This document shows positions 21,372 through 31,559 of a stretch of 64,000 bases of DNA, one piece after another. Under the pieces are notes generated by a model. It was not told the DNA's origin. It did not search any database and saw only the letters and a list, made by a program, of their open reading frames with translations. Origin of the DNA: Pirellulaceae bacterium (GTDB lineage: Bacteria; Planctomycetota; Planctomycetia; Pirellulales; Pirellulaceae); contig CAVOSP010000003.1 in the NCBI GenBank assembly GCA_963698905.1, positions 1,623,126-1,687,125 on the forward strand. Reading direction: 5' to 3'. Position 1 is the stretch's first letter. Each line of letters opens with the position of its first letter. Position numbers and translations under genes: made by a program.

Positions 21372-22072
21372 TGCAACTGGGCAATGGGCGTTTTGACTTC
21401 AACGCGGACGTCGTTCGCAATTCGGCCATCGCGCAGCGAGACGATTCGATCGGCCATTTGCCCAATCGCGGCATTATGAGTGATCACTGCGGTGGTCGTT
21501 CCCAGTTCATCGTTGATCCGCTGAATCGCTTCCAACACCGTAATCCCCGTCGCTGCGTCCAGTGCTCCGGTCGGTTCATCGCACAGCAGGACATCGGGTC
21601 GCTTGGCGATCGCGCGAGCGATCGCGACCCGCTGTTGCTGACCGCCTGACAATTGGGCGGGAAAGTGGTCTTTTCGATCCGCCAAATCGACCAATTCCAA
21701 AGCCTCGGTCGCCGACATCGGATTGCTGGCCACGTCGGTGACCAGACTAACGTTTTCGAGCGCGGTCAAACTAGGGATCAGATTGTAGAACTGAAATACG
21801 AAACCGACGGACTCGCGACGAAACAGCGTTAATTGGCGCTGATTAGCGCGGGTCAAGTCGATATTTCGGTAGACGACCGTGCCGGCGGTCGGCAAGTCGA
21901 GGCCACCCAAAATATTCAACAGTGTCGATTTCCCGCTGCCGCTGGGCCCCAGCAACACAGTGAATTCGCCAGCGAAAAGATCCAGATCAACGCCTCGCAG
22001 CGCATGCACTTCCACCTCGCCCATCGGGTAGACTTTGGTGATTCCGCGTACAGAAAAGACCGTTTCGGCCAT
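21365..22072 (-). CDS. ABC transporter ATP-binding protein (MacB/LolD-type)
   Basis: Walker [10 protein letters not shown], signature [14 protein letters not shown], Walker [12 protein letters not shown]. Confidence 0.95.
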   Translation of the reverse strand: MAETVFSVRGITKVYPMGEVEVHALRGVDLDLFAGEFTVLLGPSGSGKSTLLNILGGLDLPTAGTVVYRNIDLTRANQRQLTLFRRESVGFVFQFYNLIPSLTALENVSLVTDVASNPMSATEALELVDLADRKDHFPAQLSGGQQQRVAIARAIAKRPDVLLCDEPTGALDAATGITVLEAIQRINDELGTTTAVITHNAAIGQMADRIVSLRDGRIANDVRVEVKTPIAQLQW

Positions 22073-22154
22073 GAGCGCTCAATTCCAGATGCTGCCGATA
22101 TCTAGGCTCTCGATTATAGCAGAAGCAGCAAAGTAGACGCAGGAGTCCCGGACG

Positions 22155-22406
22155 CTACTGAACCTTGACTTGATTGAGCACCTGACGCCGATCTTCTGCG
22201 CGACGAGCTGTTTCCTGGGCCATTTGCTTGATGAAATAAGTCGAAACCGTTCCCGTTAGAACGATCTGCTGTGCACCGACCTGGACTCGCACGTTCCTTA
22301 GCTCGTGATGCGGCGAATCGTCCAGCTGCTGCCGGATCTCGCGTTGAATTCGCGCGTTCGAGGAATCGTCCATGCTGGCCAATCGGGACTTGGTAGGGCT
22401 TGTCAA
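22155..22406 (-). CDS. BON domain protein
   Basis: 83 aa. The BON-type pattern VRVQVGAQQIVLTGTVSTYFIKQMAQETA is present. Confidence 0.75.
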   Translation of the reverse strand: MTSPTKSRLASMDDSSNARIQREIRQQLDDSPHHELRNVRVQVGAQQIVLTGTVSTYFIKQMAQETARRAEDRRQVLNQVKVQ

Positions 22407-22804
22407 CTTAGGCTCGGTCTAGTCATTCGATTCGTCAGCGGAAAAAAGGGCGGACCCCAATCGTGCGCCAATCGTGCGAAGCACCCCAAGGGCGCTGTGG
22501 CTACTGGAGTCCGCTCCCTTTTCCTCGCTGCTTGATTTGCGAGACAGCGCCTGGTCTGAATCCAGACACAGGTTCCGCCGGACGTCAGTCGAACATGAAT
22601 TCATTGTGACACGGTTGGTGACGCCGACAACTTGGATTCTGATCCGCCAATGGGTTTTCTCATTTGGCACCTGCGGGCAGGTTGCTCGATCGGCGATCGA
22701 GGTGGAATCGCCCCAAATGGGGCTCGTCGATTTTTGACAACCAGCGTAGACTAAAATAGAAACTGCTTGGATTCCCCGAAAAAGCTGCCGCTTTCCCCTC
22801 CAGA

Positions 22805-23254
22805 TTGATGAACAGCGAACAAGACATCTACGAAGATCATGTCCTTGATCACTACGAAGACCCGTATCACCGCGGGGCACTGCAAGGGGCGACCCATTGC
22901 CATGAGGCCGACAATCCATTGTGCGGGGACGTGATTCACATCGACCTGCGTCTGGACGACGACGGAACGGTGAAGGAAGCCTGGTTTGACGGCAAGGGAT
23001 GCGTGATTAGTCAGGCATCGGCGTCGATGCTGGTTGAAAAGATCGAGGGCAAAACGCTGCAGGATTTGCAAAAATTTTCGGCCCAGGAAATGTTGGAATT
23101 GTTTGGTCCGAAACTAACTCCGAACCGACAAAAATGCTGTTTGCTCGGTTGGAGGGTGCTGCAGACCGCGGTTCACTCGCCGATCGACGTATCGCCTGAT
23201 GCCGGCGGCGGCGACCCGAACTTTGGTGGACCAAGTCTGGCGGAAGAAACGTGA
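22805..23254 (+). CDS. sufU: SufU/IscU-type Fe-S cluster assembly scaffold/sulfur acceptor
   Basis: Motifs NPLCGD, GKGCVISQASASML and RQKCCLL (three conserved Cys). The start is TTG 22805 or ATG 22808. It lies directly upstream of sufS. Confidence 0.88.
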   Translation: MMNSEQDIYEDHVLDHYEDPYHRGALQGATHCHEADNPLCGDVIHIDLRLDDDGTVKEAWFDGKGCVISQASASMLVEKIEGKTLQDLQKFSAQEMLELFGPKLTPNRQKCCLLGWRVLQTAVHSPIDVSPDAGGGDPNFGGPSLAEET

Positions 23255-23288
23255 TCCCCGATGAGCATTCGTTAGCGAATGATTCGAC

Positions 23289-24605
23289 ATGCCTAGTGAA
23301 AGTACGGTCTTGACCAACAAGATTTCAGAGCGGAACGAATTTAAAGATTTGGCTCGGCTCCGCGGTGACTTCCCCATTTTGGCTCGTAAGACGGCCAGTG
23401 GGGCGGATTTGGTGTTTTTGGACAACGCCGCGAGCTCCCAACGTCCTGCGGCGGTGATCGATGCGATCAGCGATTGCTATCGGCGGTTTTACGCCAACGT
23501 TCATCGCGGCATTCATACGCTCAGCGAGGAGTCGACCGAACAATTCGAACTGGCTCGTCAATCCGTGGCCCGTTTCATCAACGCCAGACCGAGTGAAACG
23601 ATCTTCACCGCAGGGGCGACTGCCGCGATCAATTTAGTGGCTCGCAGCTGGGGCGATATGCACGTTGGCCGCGACGACGTGGTCCTGTTAACGATCGCCG
23701 AACATCACGCCAACATTGTCCCCTGGCACCAGCTGTCATCGCGGACGGGATGTCGGGTTGAATTTTTGCCGCTGCGAGACGATTTTCGGGTCGATGGCGA
23801 AATGGTTCGCGAATCCCTGGAGCGGCTGCGTCCAAAGATTTTCGCATTTACCGCGGCCAGCAACGTCTTGGGGACCGAGCATCCGGTGGCTCATTGGACC
23901 TCGCTGGCCCACCAGTTTGGCAGCACGGTACTGGTCGACGCGGCACAATCGGTACCGCATCAAGTAACGGACGTGAAAGCCTGGGACGCTGATTTCATCG
24001 CTTTCAGCGGCCACAAGATGTGCGGTCCGACCGGAATCGGCGTGCTGTATGGTAAGGAGCAGCTATTGGATTCGATGCCGCCTTTTTTAGGGGGCGGCGG
24101 AATGATCAACCGTGTCACGACCGCTGGATTTGAGCCGGCGGATTTGCCGGAGAAGTTTGAAGCGGGAACGCCACCCATTGCGGAGGCGATTGGTTTGAAA
24201 GCGGCTGTCGACTATCTGCAAAACGTCGGGCTGGACCGAATTGCCGAGCATGGTCGCCAACTAGGTGCGCGGGCCGATGCTGGGCTGCGGAATATTGAGG
24301 GTGTTCGCGTGATCGGTCCAGAAGCCGACGCCCGAACGGACTTGGATTCCAAAGTCGGTATCGTCAGCTTTCACGTCGATCATGCGCACGCACACGATGT
24401 CGCCCAATCGCTGGATCAACAAGGGATTGCAGTTCGGGCGGGACACCACTGCACGATGCCGTTACACCACGCACTTGGGTTGACCGCGACGACGCGAGCC
24501 AGTTTCTATCTTTACAACACTGCTGATGAAGTCGATCAATTGATCGCGGCGGTCAATCAGATTCGTCAACGATTCGCGCCTTCGGGGCGACGGCGAAAGC
24601 GATAG
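23289..24605 (+). CDS. sufS: cysteine desulfurase SufS (class V aminotransferase, group II)
   Basis: FLDNAASSQRP ... ANVHRGIHTLS ... SGHKMCGPTGIGVLY (PLP lysine) ... RAGHHCTMPL (active-site Cys). Confidence 0.95.
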   Translation: MPSESTVLTNKISERNEFKDLARLRGDFPILARKTASGADLVFLDNAASSQRPAAVIDAISDCYRRFYANVHRGIHTLSEESTEQFELARQSVARFINARPSETIFTAGATAAINLVARSWGDMHVGRDDVVLLTIAEHHANIVPWHQLSSRTGCRVEFLPLRDDFRVDGEMVRESLERLRPKIFAFTAASNVLGTEHPVAHWTSLAHQFGSTVLVDAAQSVPHQVTDVKAWDADFIAFSGHKMCGPTGIGVLYGKEQLLDSMPPFLGGGGMINRVTTAGFEPADLPEKFEAGTPPIAEAIGLKAAVDYLQNVGLDRIAEHGRQLGARADAGLRNIEGVRVIGPEADARTDLDSKVGIVSFHVDHAHAHDVAQSLDQQGIAVRAGHHCTMPLHHALGLTATTRASFYLYNTADEVDQLIAAVNQIRQRFAPSGRRRKR

Positions 24606-24625
24606 GCATTGGCGAAGGTTCCAAC

Positions 24626-26688
24626 ATGATCCGAGATTTTGTAATCGTTTCTCTGGTTTTGCTCGTCTGGTCGACGCTGCGAACGGAATTGGCCTTGGCC
24701 GGAGTGAGCCCGGAGAATGTGATCGTGGTGGTCAACGCGGATTCGTATGAATCTCGAACGGTGGCCAATCAGTACGCCCAGTTGCGTGAGATACCCTCGG
24801 GAAATTTGATTTTTCTGGAGGGAGTTCCAAGCGATCCGCGAATCGGGCTGGAGCCGTTCAAAGAGCAGATACTCAGGCCTGTCCTTTCCGAAATCGAGAA
24901 ACGTGGATTAGCGAAACAAGCTCGAGTGATCGCTTATTCGACAAACTTTCCTACGAAAGTTGACATCAAGGAACACAAAGCGAAGCTGCCTGATTCGCCG
25001 ATCAATAAGTTCATCACGCCCCAGGCATCGATCAACGGATTGACGTACTTATATCGCTTTGTGCTGGCCGATAATCCCCAGTACTTAGATCTGTCTTCCA
25101 ACCTGTACTGCCGCGGCCCCTTCAATCGGAATTTTACGAATCCGTTTCTGGACGTCGAACATCGCCAGCGATTCAAGGATGCGGACGAGGCGTTTAAAAT
25201 TTCCGACTTCAGTAAAGCGGCCGAAGAATTCGAAAAGCTATTTGAAGAATCCCCGAGGATGCCGGCACTTGCGATTCGCGCCGCCGAAGCACGCGAGAAA
25301 GCCGGCGACCATTCGGCAGCCAAAAACTTGATCGTCAAGGCGATCTCGGCCGGTTGGACCTCGGCAACCTGGCTGGACGAGAATCAGTCGCTATCCCCGC
25401 TGATGAAAGAGCGGCCACTCTCGTCGCTGGCCAATCGACTATCGACGGCGCCAATCGATATGCAAGGGCCGGTGGGCTTTTCAAGCCAGGTTGCCTGGAA
25501 CTTATCAGGCCAGCCCGCCGCCAGCGTCGATCTGGGGATTCCGTACATGTTGTCCTGCATGTTGGGTGTCGTGAATCCGCGCGCAGCAATTTGCGACAAG
25601 TGATCGATGTTTTGAAACGATCGGTAAGCGGGGATCAGACAAATCCGGACGCCGCGTTTTGGTTTACGTTGACCGGCGATGTTCGCACCAAAACCAGAGT
25701 CGTCGGAATGGTTGATGCGATGGCCTGGCTGACTCATTTGAATCGCGATAACGCAACGAAACTCAAACCCGTTCCCCTGGATTCGGGATCCGTCGCTGGA
25801 TTGATGTTGGGCACTCCGAAAATGGATTTGCGCAAGCGCAATTGGAAATTTGTTCCGGGCGCGATCGCGGACAATTTAACCAGTCACGGCGGCAACTATT
25901 CAAACGATGGCCAAACCAAAATGACGGAGTTGCTGCATGCCGGCGCTGCGATGACCAGCGGCACCGTGATGGAACCTTATTCTTTGCAGGCAAAATTTCC
26001 GTTGCCCATGATGTACGGCTATTACGCTTCGGGCGCGACGGCGATCGAGGCGTTCTACCTTTCAATCGCCTGCCCCTACCAGTTGTTGATTGTCGGTGAC
26101 CCGCTGGCACAACCTTTTTCCCAACCGCCGGACGATCTGGTAACGATGGAGGAAATCAAAACGGAGAATGAGGGATCCACGATTCAAATCAAACGTCAGG
26201 CGTCCACGACCACAAAACTTCACAGCCCAACCGGCGCAGTCGAGGTCTACATCGAGGGCAGGCTGGCCAAACGTTTACCACCGATCGAAGGCGTAAACTT
26301 GAATCTACCCAAGAATTTGCAGGGAGCGATTGAATTCCGCACCGTTCTGATCGGACGCGACGCGCTGCAACCGAGGGCGTCTCACGCCGCCAGTTTTCTG
26401 CTAGGTGATCCCATGAAGATACCGACGGCTTCGACGGACCAGCAAAGTGCAACCGTGAGTGTTCGATGCAAGGGCGCGGATTCGATTGACCTGATGCATC
26501 ACGGGGTGGTGATCGATACGGTCAAGGGCGAGTCGGGCAAGATTGCGGTGGCTCAGAAAAAATGGGGTGGCGGGCCGATTCGCTTGCGTCCGGTGGCAAA
26601 ATTTGGCGATCTGTCGATCTTTGGGCAGGCGGTTACGATTGAACTGCCGGTTGTCGTCAACTCCGACCCGCCAATTGCGAAATCCTGA
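24626..26688 (+). pseudogene. secreted TIGR03790-like protein, split into two overlapping frames (24626..25603 and 25354..26688)
   Basis: Signal peptide, then VIVVVNADSYESRTVANQYAQLREIPSGNLIFL. The second frame carries GAIADNLTSHGGN ... GTVMEPYSLQAKFP ... EAFYLS ... LIVGDPLAQPF. The two parts are in frames 2 and 1, consistent with a 1-nt deletion near 25578-25586. The family assignment is from memory of this family's sequence pattern and is hedged. Confidence 0.7.
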
Positions 26689-26776
26689 CTTGCAGTCGTC
26701 AACGGAAACCGATCGTAACCCTGTTCCGATAACGAGCTCGTTCAGCGGACAGCCTGACCGGTGGATCGCCCGCGGC

Positions 26777-27028
26777 TCATTCGATTTCGTCGAAGGCTGA
26801 AAAATCCTCGCCGCCATCGACCTCACTGAATTCCACGGCTTCCGCCGCCGATGCTCCTGCTGCGGTTGATTCGTCATCAACTTGCACGTCCTCCTCGCTC
26901 CAGGCGGGCTCCTGTTTGGCTTCGGAGGCTACATGGGCTTGATACTTCCGCTTTTCGATCAGCGCAGCGATCGGAACCGCCAACAGGACGGTCAGCAAAA
27001 ACAGAACCCAGAGAATGAAATAGATCAT
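26777..27028 (-). CDS. small membrane-anchored acidic protein (hypothetical)
   Basis: 83 aa with one N-terminal TM (MIYFILWVLFLLTVLLAVPIAALI) and a D/E-rich tail. It is co-directional with the upstream kinase gene. Confidence 0.45.
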   Translation of the reverse strand: MIYFILWVLFLLTVLLAVPIAALIEKRKYQAHVASEAKQEPAWSEEDVQVDDESTAAGASAAEAVEFSEVDGGEDFSAFDEIE

Positions 27029-27185
27029 CGATCGCCACAGTTGGAAATTTTAAAAGCGGATTTTGCCAGACATGGCGACCCGTCTGATCCCTGGCACATC
27101 CAGTTCCGCGGCTCGGGTCTCATTCAACGATAATCCCAGATCGCCCGGCACGCCAACGTCAGCGGCCGATTTTCTTCGTCAAAAT

Positions 27186-28718
27186 TCAGCGATTTCCCAC
27201 GCCCAGCAACAATAACTCGCGTGTCGTAACGACTTGCTCAAGTTGCCGCAGCAAGTTCGGATTGGTTGCTTCCAGCTCAGAATACAGCGACTGGAACTGT
27301 TGTCTTACCGAAGCGATCTCCGACTCTCGGCCGAGTTGATTAAGGATCGTAAAGCGTTGGCTCAGTGCGATCGCTTGATAAATCCGATCGACTCCCGGGT
27401 CGCCTTGTAGCCGCTTCAATATTCGATCTGCTTCATCCAACCTATCGCTCTCGGCCAGCAACCGGGACAACTGCAACTGGGCCTTGGCATAGTAAGCGGC
27501 ATTGGTCGCGCTCTCAGCTGGCGGGAAATGTTGCCCAACCGAGCGCCAGCCCATTTCGTCGCCTCGGATGACCGCGTTCAAGTATTGCACCTGGACCGTG
27601 TCCGCTCGTGGCACCGTTTCTGGTCGCAAAATATCATCGATTGTCTTGCCCTGGTAATTGACAGCCAGCCAAGCAGCGATCGACAGGCACAGCAATGGCA
27701 AACCGACAGCTGCCAGCCATCGCAAAGAGCGTTTTTCTCGTTGTTTTCTCACCTGGTCTGTTGCCCGTTGCAACCGAATGGTCGCGGCAGCCGTGCCGGC
27801 GCCTAGGTTTTCCAAGCGAACCATTGGCGATTCGTTTCGAATCGCACTGATCAATTCATCGGGCGACTGAAACCTGGCTTCGATCGATTTGCTCATCAAA
27901 CGGTTGACCACAGCGATCAACCATTCGTCCAAATCCGGGTTGCCGGATGCATTCAATTTGGAACGCACTCGATCGATTGGCGCGGGAGTCTCTTGCAAGT
28001 GCATCAGTGCAAGCGCAAGCGGTTCGTCCGCTTCGAACGGTGGGCGTCCGGCCAACAGGTGATACATCGTGACTCCCAGCGAATACAGATCGCTGCGGAC
28101 GTCGACACGTTTTCCCTGTACCTGTTCCGGACTCATGTACCGGGGCGTGCCCATGGTCAAGCCGGCTTGCGTCAGATCGCCACCGGTAACATCAACCTCG
28201 GCGTTGAATCGGGCCAAACCAAAGTCGGCCACTTTGATGATCCCGCTGGCAGACTGCATGATATTCTCGGGCTTGATGTCACGATGGGTGATGCCCGCCT
28301 CCATCGCGACCTTCAGCGCCGCAGCGACACCAATCAAAACCTCGACGGCCAGTTCCGAGTCGATTACACCATCGCGATCCAAGCGCTGCCGCAGATTCTC
28401 TCCATCGATTAATTCTTGCGCGATGTAGTACTGAGAATCGATATTGCCGACTTCAAAAACCTGCACGATGTTGGGATGATTCAGCCGCGCGGCTGCTCGC
28501 GCTTCGCGACGAAAACGTTGAATGTAGTCCTTGTCCCGCGCAAACTCCGGCCGCAAGACCTTCAAGGCGACGTCTCGATTGAGTGATATTTGGCGTGCCG
28601 CGTAAACGTCTGCCATGCCCCCGCGGCCGAGCTTGCGCATGATTTGAAAATCGCCGAGGCGGGTGCCGATCAGGCTGGGGGCCGAGGTTGACGAACTGTT
28701 CGGTTCCGATGCAGTCAA
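27186..28718 (-). CDS. Ser/Thr protein kinase with TM segment and C-terminal helical-repeat region
   Basis: GRGGMADVY..ALKVL, HRDIKPENIM, DFGLA, GTPRYMSPE, and a TM segment at WLAAVGLPLLCLSIAAWLAV. The start is TTG 28718, overlapping the larE stop (TTGA). Confidence 0.93.
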   Translation of the reverse strand: MTASEPNSSSTSAPSLIGTRLGDFQIMRKLGRGGMADVYAARQISLNRDVALKVLRPEFARDKDYIQRFRREARAAARLNHPNIVQVFEVGNIDSQYYIAQELIDGENLRQRLDRDGVIDSELAVEVLIGVAAALKVAMEAGITHRDIKPENIMQSASGIIKVADFGLARFNAEVDVTGGDLTQAGLTMGTPRYMSPEQVQGKRVDVRSDLYSLGVTMYHLLAGRPPFEADEPLALALMHLQETPAPIDRVRSKLNASGNPDLDEWLIAVVNRLMSKSIEARFQSPDELISAIRNESPMVRLENLGAGTAAATIRLQRATDQVRKQREKRSLRWLAAVGLPLLCLSIAAWLAVNYQGKTIDDILRPETVPRADTVQVQYLNAVIRGDEMGWRSVGQHFPPAESATNAAYYAKAQLQLSRLLAESDRLDEADRILKRLQGDPGVDRIYQAIALSQRFTILNQLGRESEIASVRQQFQSLYSELEATNPNLLRQLEQVVTTRELLLLGVGNR

Positions 28719-29584
28719 TCCGACGCCTCTTGTTTACGAGTCAAGCCCGAAGGATCGATGCTGACCAAAACCCGATTCATGCTGCCGCTGCGAAAACCGG
28801 CCAGATCAACTGAGATGAATTTGAATCCCAGACTCTGTAGGTGTCGCGTTAAGGCACCCGTTTGGTCGGTTTCGACTAATTTGACAATTTGATCTCTTGG
28901 TACTTCAATCCGCGCTAGCTCGTCGGCGTGCAGACGAACCCGTGTCTCGACAAACCCCAGCTCGCGCAAGTGGTTTTCGGCTTGTTCGATTCGACTCAAT
29001 CGCTCGACCGTGACCTCCGTGCCATAGGCAATTCGGCTGGCCAGACAAGGTGACGCCGGCAGCGAGTGATTTGACAAACGATAATGCCGGGCCAGCTCGC
29101 GAACCTGCAATTTGCCAAAGCCCAGGTCGGCCAGCGGAGTGACCACACTTGATTGTCGACCCGCCTCGATACCAGGCCGGTGATCGCCCAGGTCATCGGC
29201 GTTGGTTCCCGATACGATGGTCGCATCGGCAAACGCAGCAGCGGCAAGTCGCAAAAACTCGTACAGCGTTTGCTTGCAGTGAAAACAGCGCCGATCGTCG
29301 TTTCGCCGATAGTCTGCTCGCTCGGTCTCATCGGTTCTGATGACCTGATGCGGGATGCCGATTTCCGCGGCAACCGTTCTGGCGATCCGCAGCTGCCAGT
29401 CCGGTACGCTGGCGGAATCAGCGGTGATGGCAACCGCTTGTCCCGAACCGGTCGCGAGTTTCGCTCGATGCGCCGCCGCGGCGACCACACTGCTGTCGAC
29501 GCCTCCCGAGAAAGCAACGACGACGTTTCCGAGGCAGCGAAGTGAGTCCTGCAGCAGGTTGGCGTTGCGTTGGCAAGGCGTCAT
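28715..29584 (-). CDS. larE: PP-loop ATP-utilising enzyme, LarE-like (TIGR00268-type sulfur transferase)
   Basis: PP-loop VVAFSGGVDSSVVAAAA. The conserved Cys-containing region is RCFHCK. The size is ~289 aa. Confidence 0.8.
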   Translation of the reverse strand: MTPCQRNANLLQDSLRCLGNVVVAFSGGVDSSVVAAAAHRAKLATGSGQAVAITADSASVPDWQLRIARTVAAEIGIPHQVIRTDETERADYRRNDDRRCFHCKQTLYEFLRLAAAAFADATIVSGTNADDLGDHRPGIEAGRQSSVVTPLADLGFGKLQVRELARHYRLSNHSLPASPCLASRIAYGTEVTVERLSRIEQAENHLRELGFVETRVRLHADELARIEVPRDQIVKLVETDQTGALTRHLQSLGFKFISVDLAGFRSGSMNRVLVSIDPSGLTRKQEASD

Positions 29585-29598
29585 CGGACTGATTTTGG

Positions 29599-30489
29599 TC
29601 AGGTGGTTTGTCGAGAGCTTGCTCGAACAAAAAAGCCGGCATCGAGCGCGCGGCCCTTGCGATCCACTAATTGTGACCTACCGGAGGCGAGAAGCATACC
29701 TGTCCCACGGTCTTGATTCCGCCAAAACCTGCTTTCTTGCAGGAACCGACCGACATCGTTTTGATCGACGTGAGCAGAATGGCCGGTGATCAGCAGGCGA
29801 AAATGCGCCGGGTCGAGAAGCCGCAAACAGTCCTCAAGCAGTGGCCACAGGTCGCGCTCGATTCGCCACGTTTTTCCCTGTGGCGAGTGACCGTAGGTCG
29901 GCGGATCCAGCACGATGGTATGATAGCTGCGACCTCGACGTAGCTCACGTGCGACGAACTTTGCTGCGTCGTCAACAAGGTAGCGAATGGCCGCGTCCCC
30001 CCAGCCGTTGTGCGCGGCCGCCTGACGAGCAGCCTGCACGTTTGCCTTGGCCGCGTCAACGTGAGTGACCTGATAACCGGCCGTGATCAATGCCAGGCTG
30101 CTGGCCCCGGTGTAGGCAAACAGATTCAGCGCCGCGTGTTGTCGCTGGTCGCCGGCCGAGGTTCCAGAGAGCCATTTCCAATTGTCGGATTGTTCTGGAA
30201 ACAGACCGATATGGCCAAAGGGGGTGGCTGCGACCGGCATCCGAAATGTGCCGCAATCGACGTCCAGGTCGGCGGGCCAAGGTCGATGGTGCGTCCAGGT
30301 CTTACTGAGCGGATCAAACCTGGCGTCAGCTTTCGACCATTCCCCGGGCGATTGACGATCGGCGGTCGCGGCGGCCGGGCTGGGCCGGTCCACGATGTGT
30401 CCGGCAATCGACTCCAGTTTGCGGCCATCGCCAAAGTCGATCAGCTGGTAACAGTCGGGGTCGATCAAGTTGTTCTGATCGATGGACAA
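29599..30489 (-). CDS. class I SAM-dependent methyltransferase (RlmK/RlmI-like module)
   Basis: LNLFAYTGASSLALITAG and IVLDPPTYGHSP closely parallel the C-terminal module of the rlmKL gene in this window. The proposed TTG start at 30489 lies 10 nt after the upstream stop. The ORF itself is open to 30627, so the start is uncertain. Confidence 0.8.
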   Translation of the reverse strand: MSIDQNNLIDPDCYQLIDFGDGRKLESIAGHIVDRPSPAAATADRQSPGEWSKADARFDPLSKTWTHHRPWPADLDVDCGTFRMPVAATPFGHIGLFPEQSDNWKWLSGTSAGDQRQHAALNLFAYTGASSLALITAGYQVTHVDAAKANVQAARQAAAHNGWGDAAIRYLVDDAAKFVARELRRGRSYHTIVLDPPTYGHSPQGKTWRIERDLWPLLEDCLRLLDPAHFRLLITGHSAHVDQNDVGRFLQESRFWRNQDRGTGMLLASGRSQLVDRKGRALDAGFFVRASSRQTT

Positions 30490-30499
30490 TGGACCGAAC

Positions 30500-31459
30500 T
30501 CACCTCTGGAAATTCTCCGAGTCTTCTTGCGACTCTTCGTCCGGCCTCTGCGCGACCGTCTGGTCATCTTGATCCGACTCGCCCTCCGCAATCTGGTCCT
30601 GATCGGTTTTCGATTCAGGCATTCCAAGCATGTCGCCGCTCAGGCCTCCATGATTGAATACAGGCCAACCTTGCTCATATCGTACCTCCGCACTGTAGTC
30701 GACCGGCGGTCGGTCGAAAAAGCGAGATGGTGAACCTGTCGCGCTTCGTTCGCCGATGTCGATCGCGCCACCGGCAAGCTTTGTCGAGTCCCGGATTGAA
30801 CCACTCTGAAAGGGACCCACACCGAAGACCCAGGTATCTTTGGCAGTTGCTGTGGCTCGGTCGACCCCCGATTGCCAAACCGCCGCCCTGGTATTGCGGT
30901 CATAGGCGAACGCTGAAACCTTGACCGCCGCTTCACGGGCTTCGCGGCGAGCCAGGGCAATTTCAGGTACCGCGGAGATCGTGGGAGCTCCGGGGATCAA
31001 CGCGACCGCAGCCGATAGGGCGTTGTTCTCGGGGATGCCAAAGGTCACGCGGTGATCGTCGGCGCCCAAAGTTCCAATTCTGGCTTCGATGATCACATCG
31101 GCATCCGGCGCGGCGTCTTGGATCAGGCAACCCGCCGCGACGATTTGTTGCCGAAGCGCGCTGGTGACGTATTCACTGTTTACAAAACCTTCTCCTTTGA
31201 CTTGACGCAGGTAGCTGGTATCCAGATAGACCTTTCGTCCAGTCAACGGGCGGAAATCCAGTTTCGCGACGCTCGAATCGACCGCATCACTGAGGATCAG
31301 CTGTTCGGTGGCCCGATACTCTCGAGTTGTCCCACAACCCGCCAGGACCAGCGAAGCGATCACCAGCGCAGCAGTCAACAACCGGCAACGGCTGTAAACC
31401 GTGCCAGCGGTCCATGGGTGACCGTTTTTTCTCGTTGGACTCGTTTGACAACGACGCAA
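30500..31459 (-). CDS. hypothetical lipoprotein with acidic C-terminal tail
   Basis: Lipobox-type signal LLTAALVIASLVLAGC. 319-aa ORF and first gene of a co-directional cluster. Confidence 0.65.
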   Translation of the reverse strand: MRRCQTSPTRKNGHPWTAGTVYSRCRLLTAALVIASLVLAGCGTTREYRATEQLILSDAVDSSVAKLDFRPLTGRKVYLDTSYLRQVKGEGFVNSEYVTSALRQQIVAAGCLIQDAAPDADVIIEARIGTLGADDHRVTFGIPENNALSAAVALIPGAPTISAVPEIALARREAREAAVKVSAFAYDRNTRAAVWQSGVDRATATAKDTWVFGVGPFQSGSIRDSTKLAGGAIDIGERSATGSPSRFFDRPPVDYSAEVRYEQGWPVFNHGGLSGDMLGMPESKTDQDQIAEGESDQDDQTVAQRPDEESQEDSENFQR

Positions 31460-31559
31460 CTGAAGTTATTCCTGGAGATCGAACAGATCGTGCGATACAA
31501 TCTGTTTTTCAAATAACTCCGTCGCCGACCAGCGAGCAAGAGCAGTTCGCATGAACGCT

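Noticed and set aside
22734-22757. Sigma-70-like promoter, TTGACA (22734-22739) with TAAAAT (22752-22757), upstream of sufU.
   Set aside because: The spacer is only 12 nt, against the canonical 16-18 nt. Planctomycete promoter consensus sequences are also poorly defined, so I do not call it.
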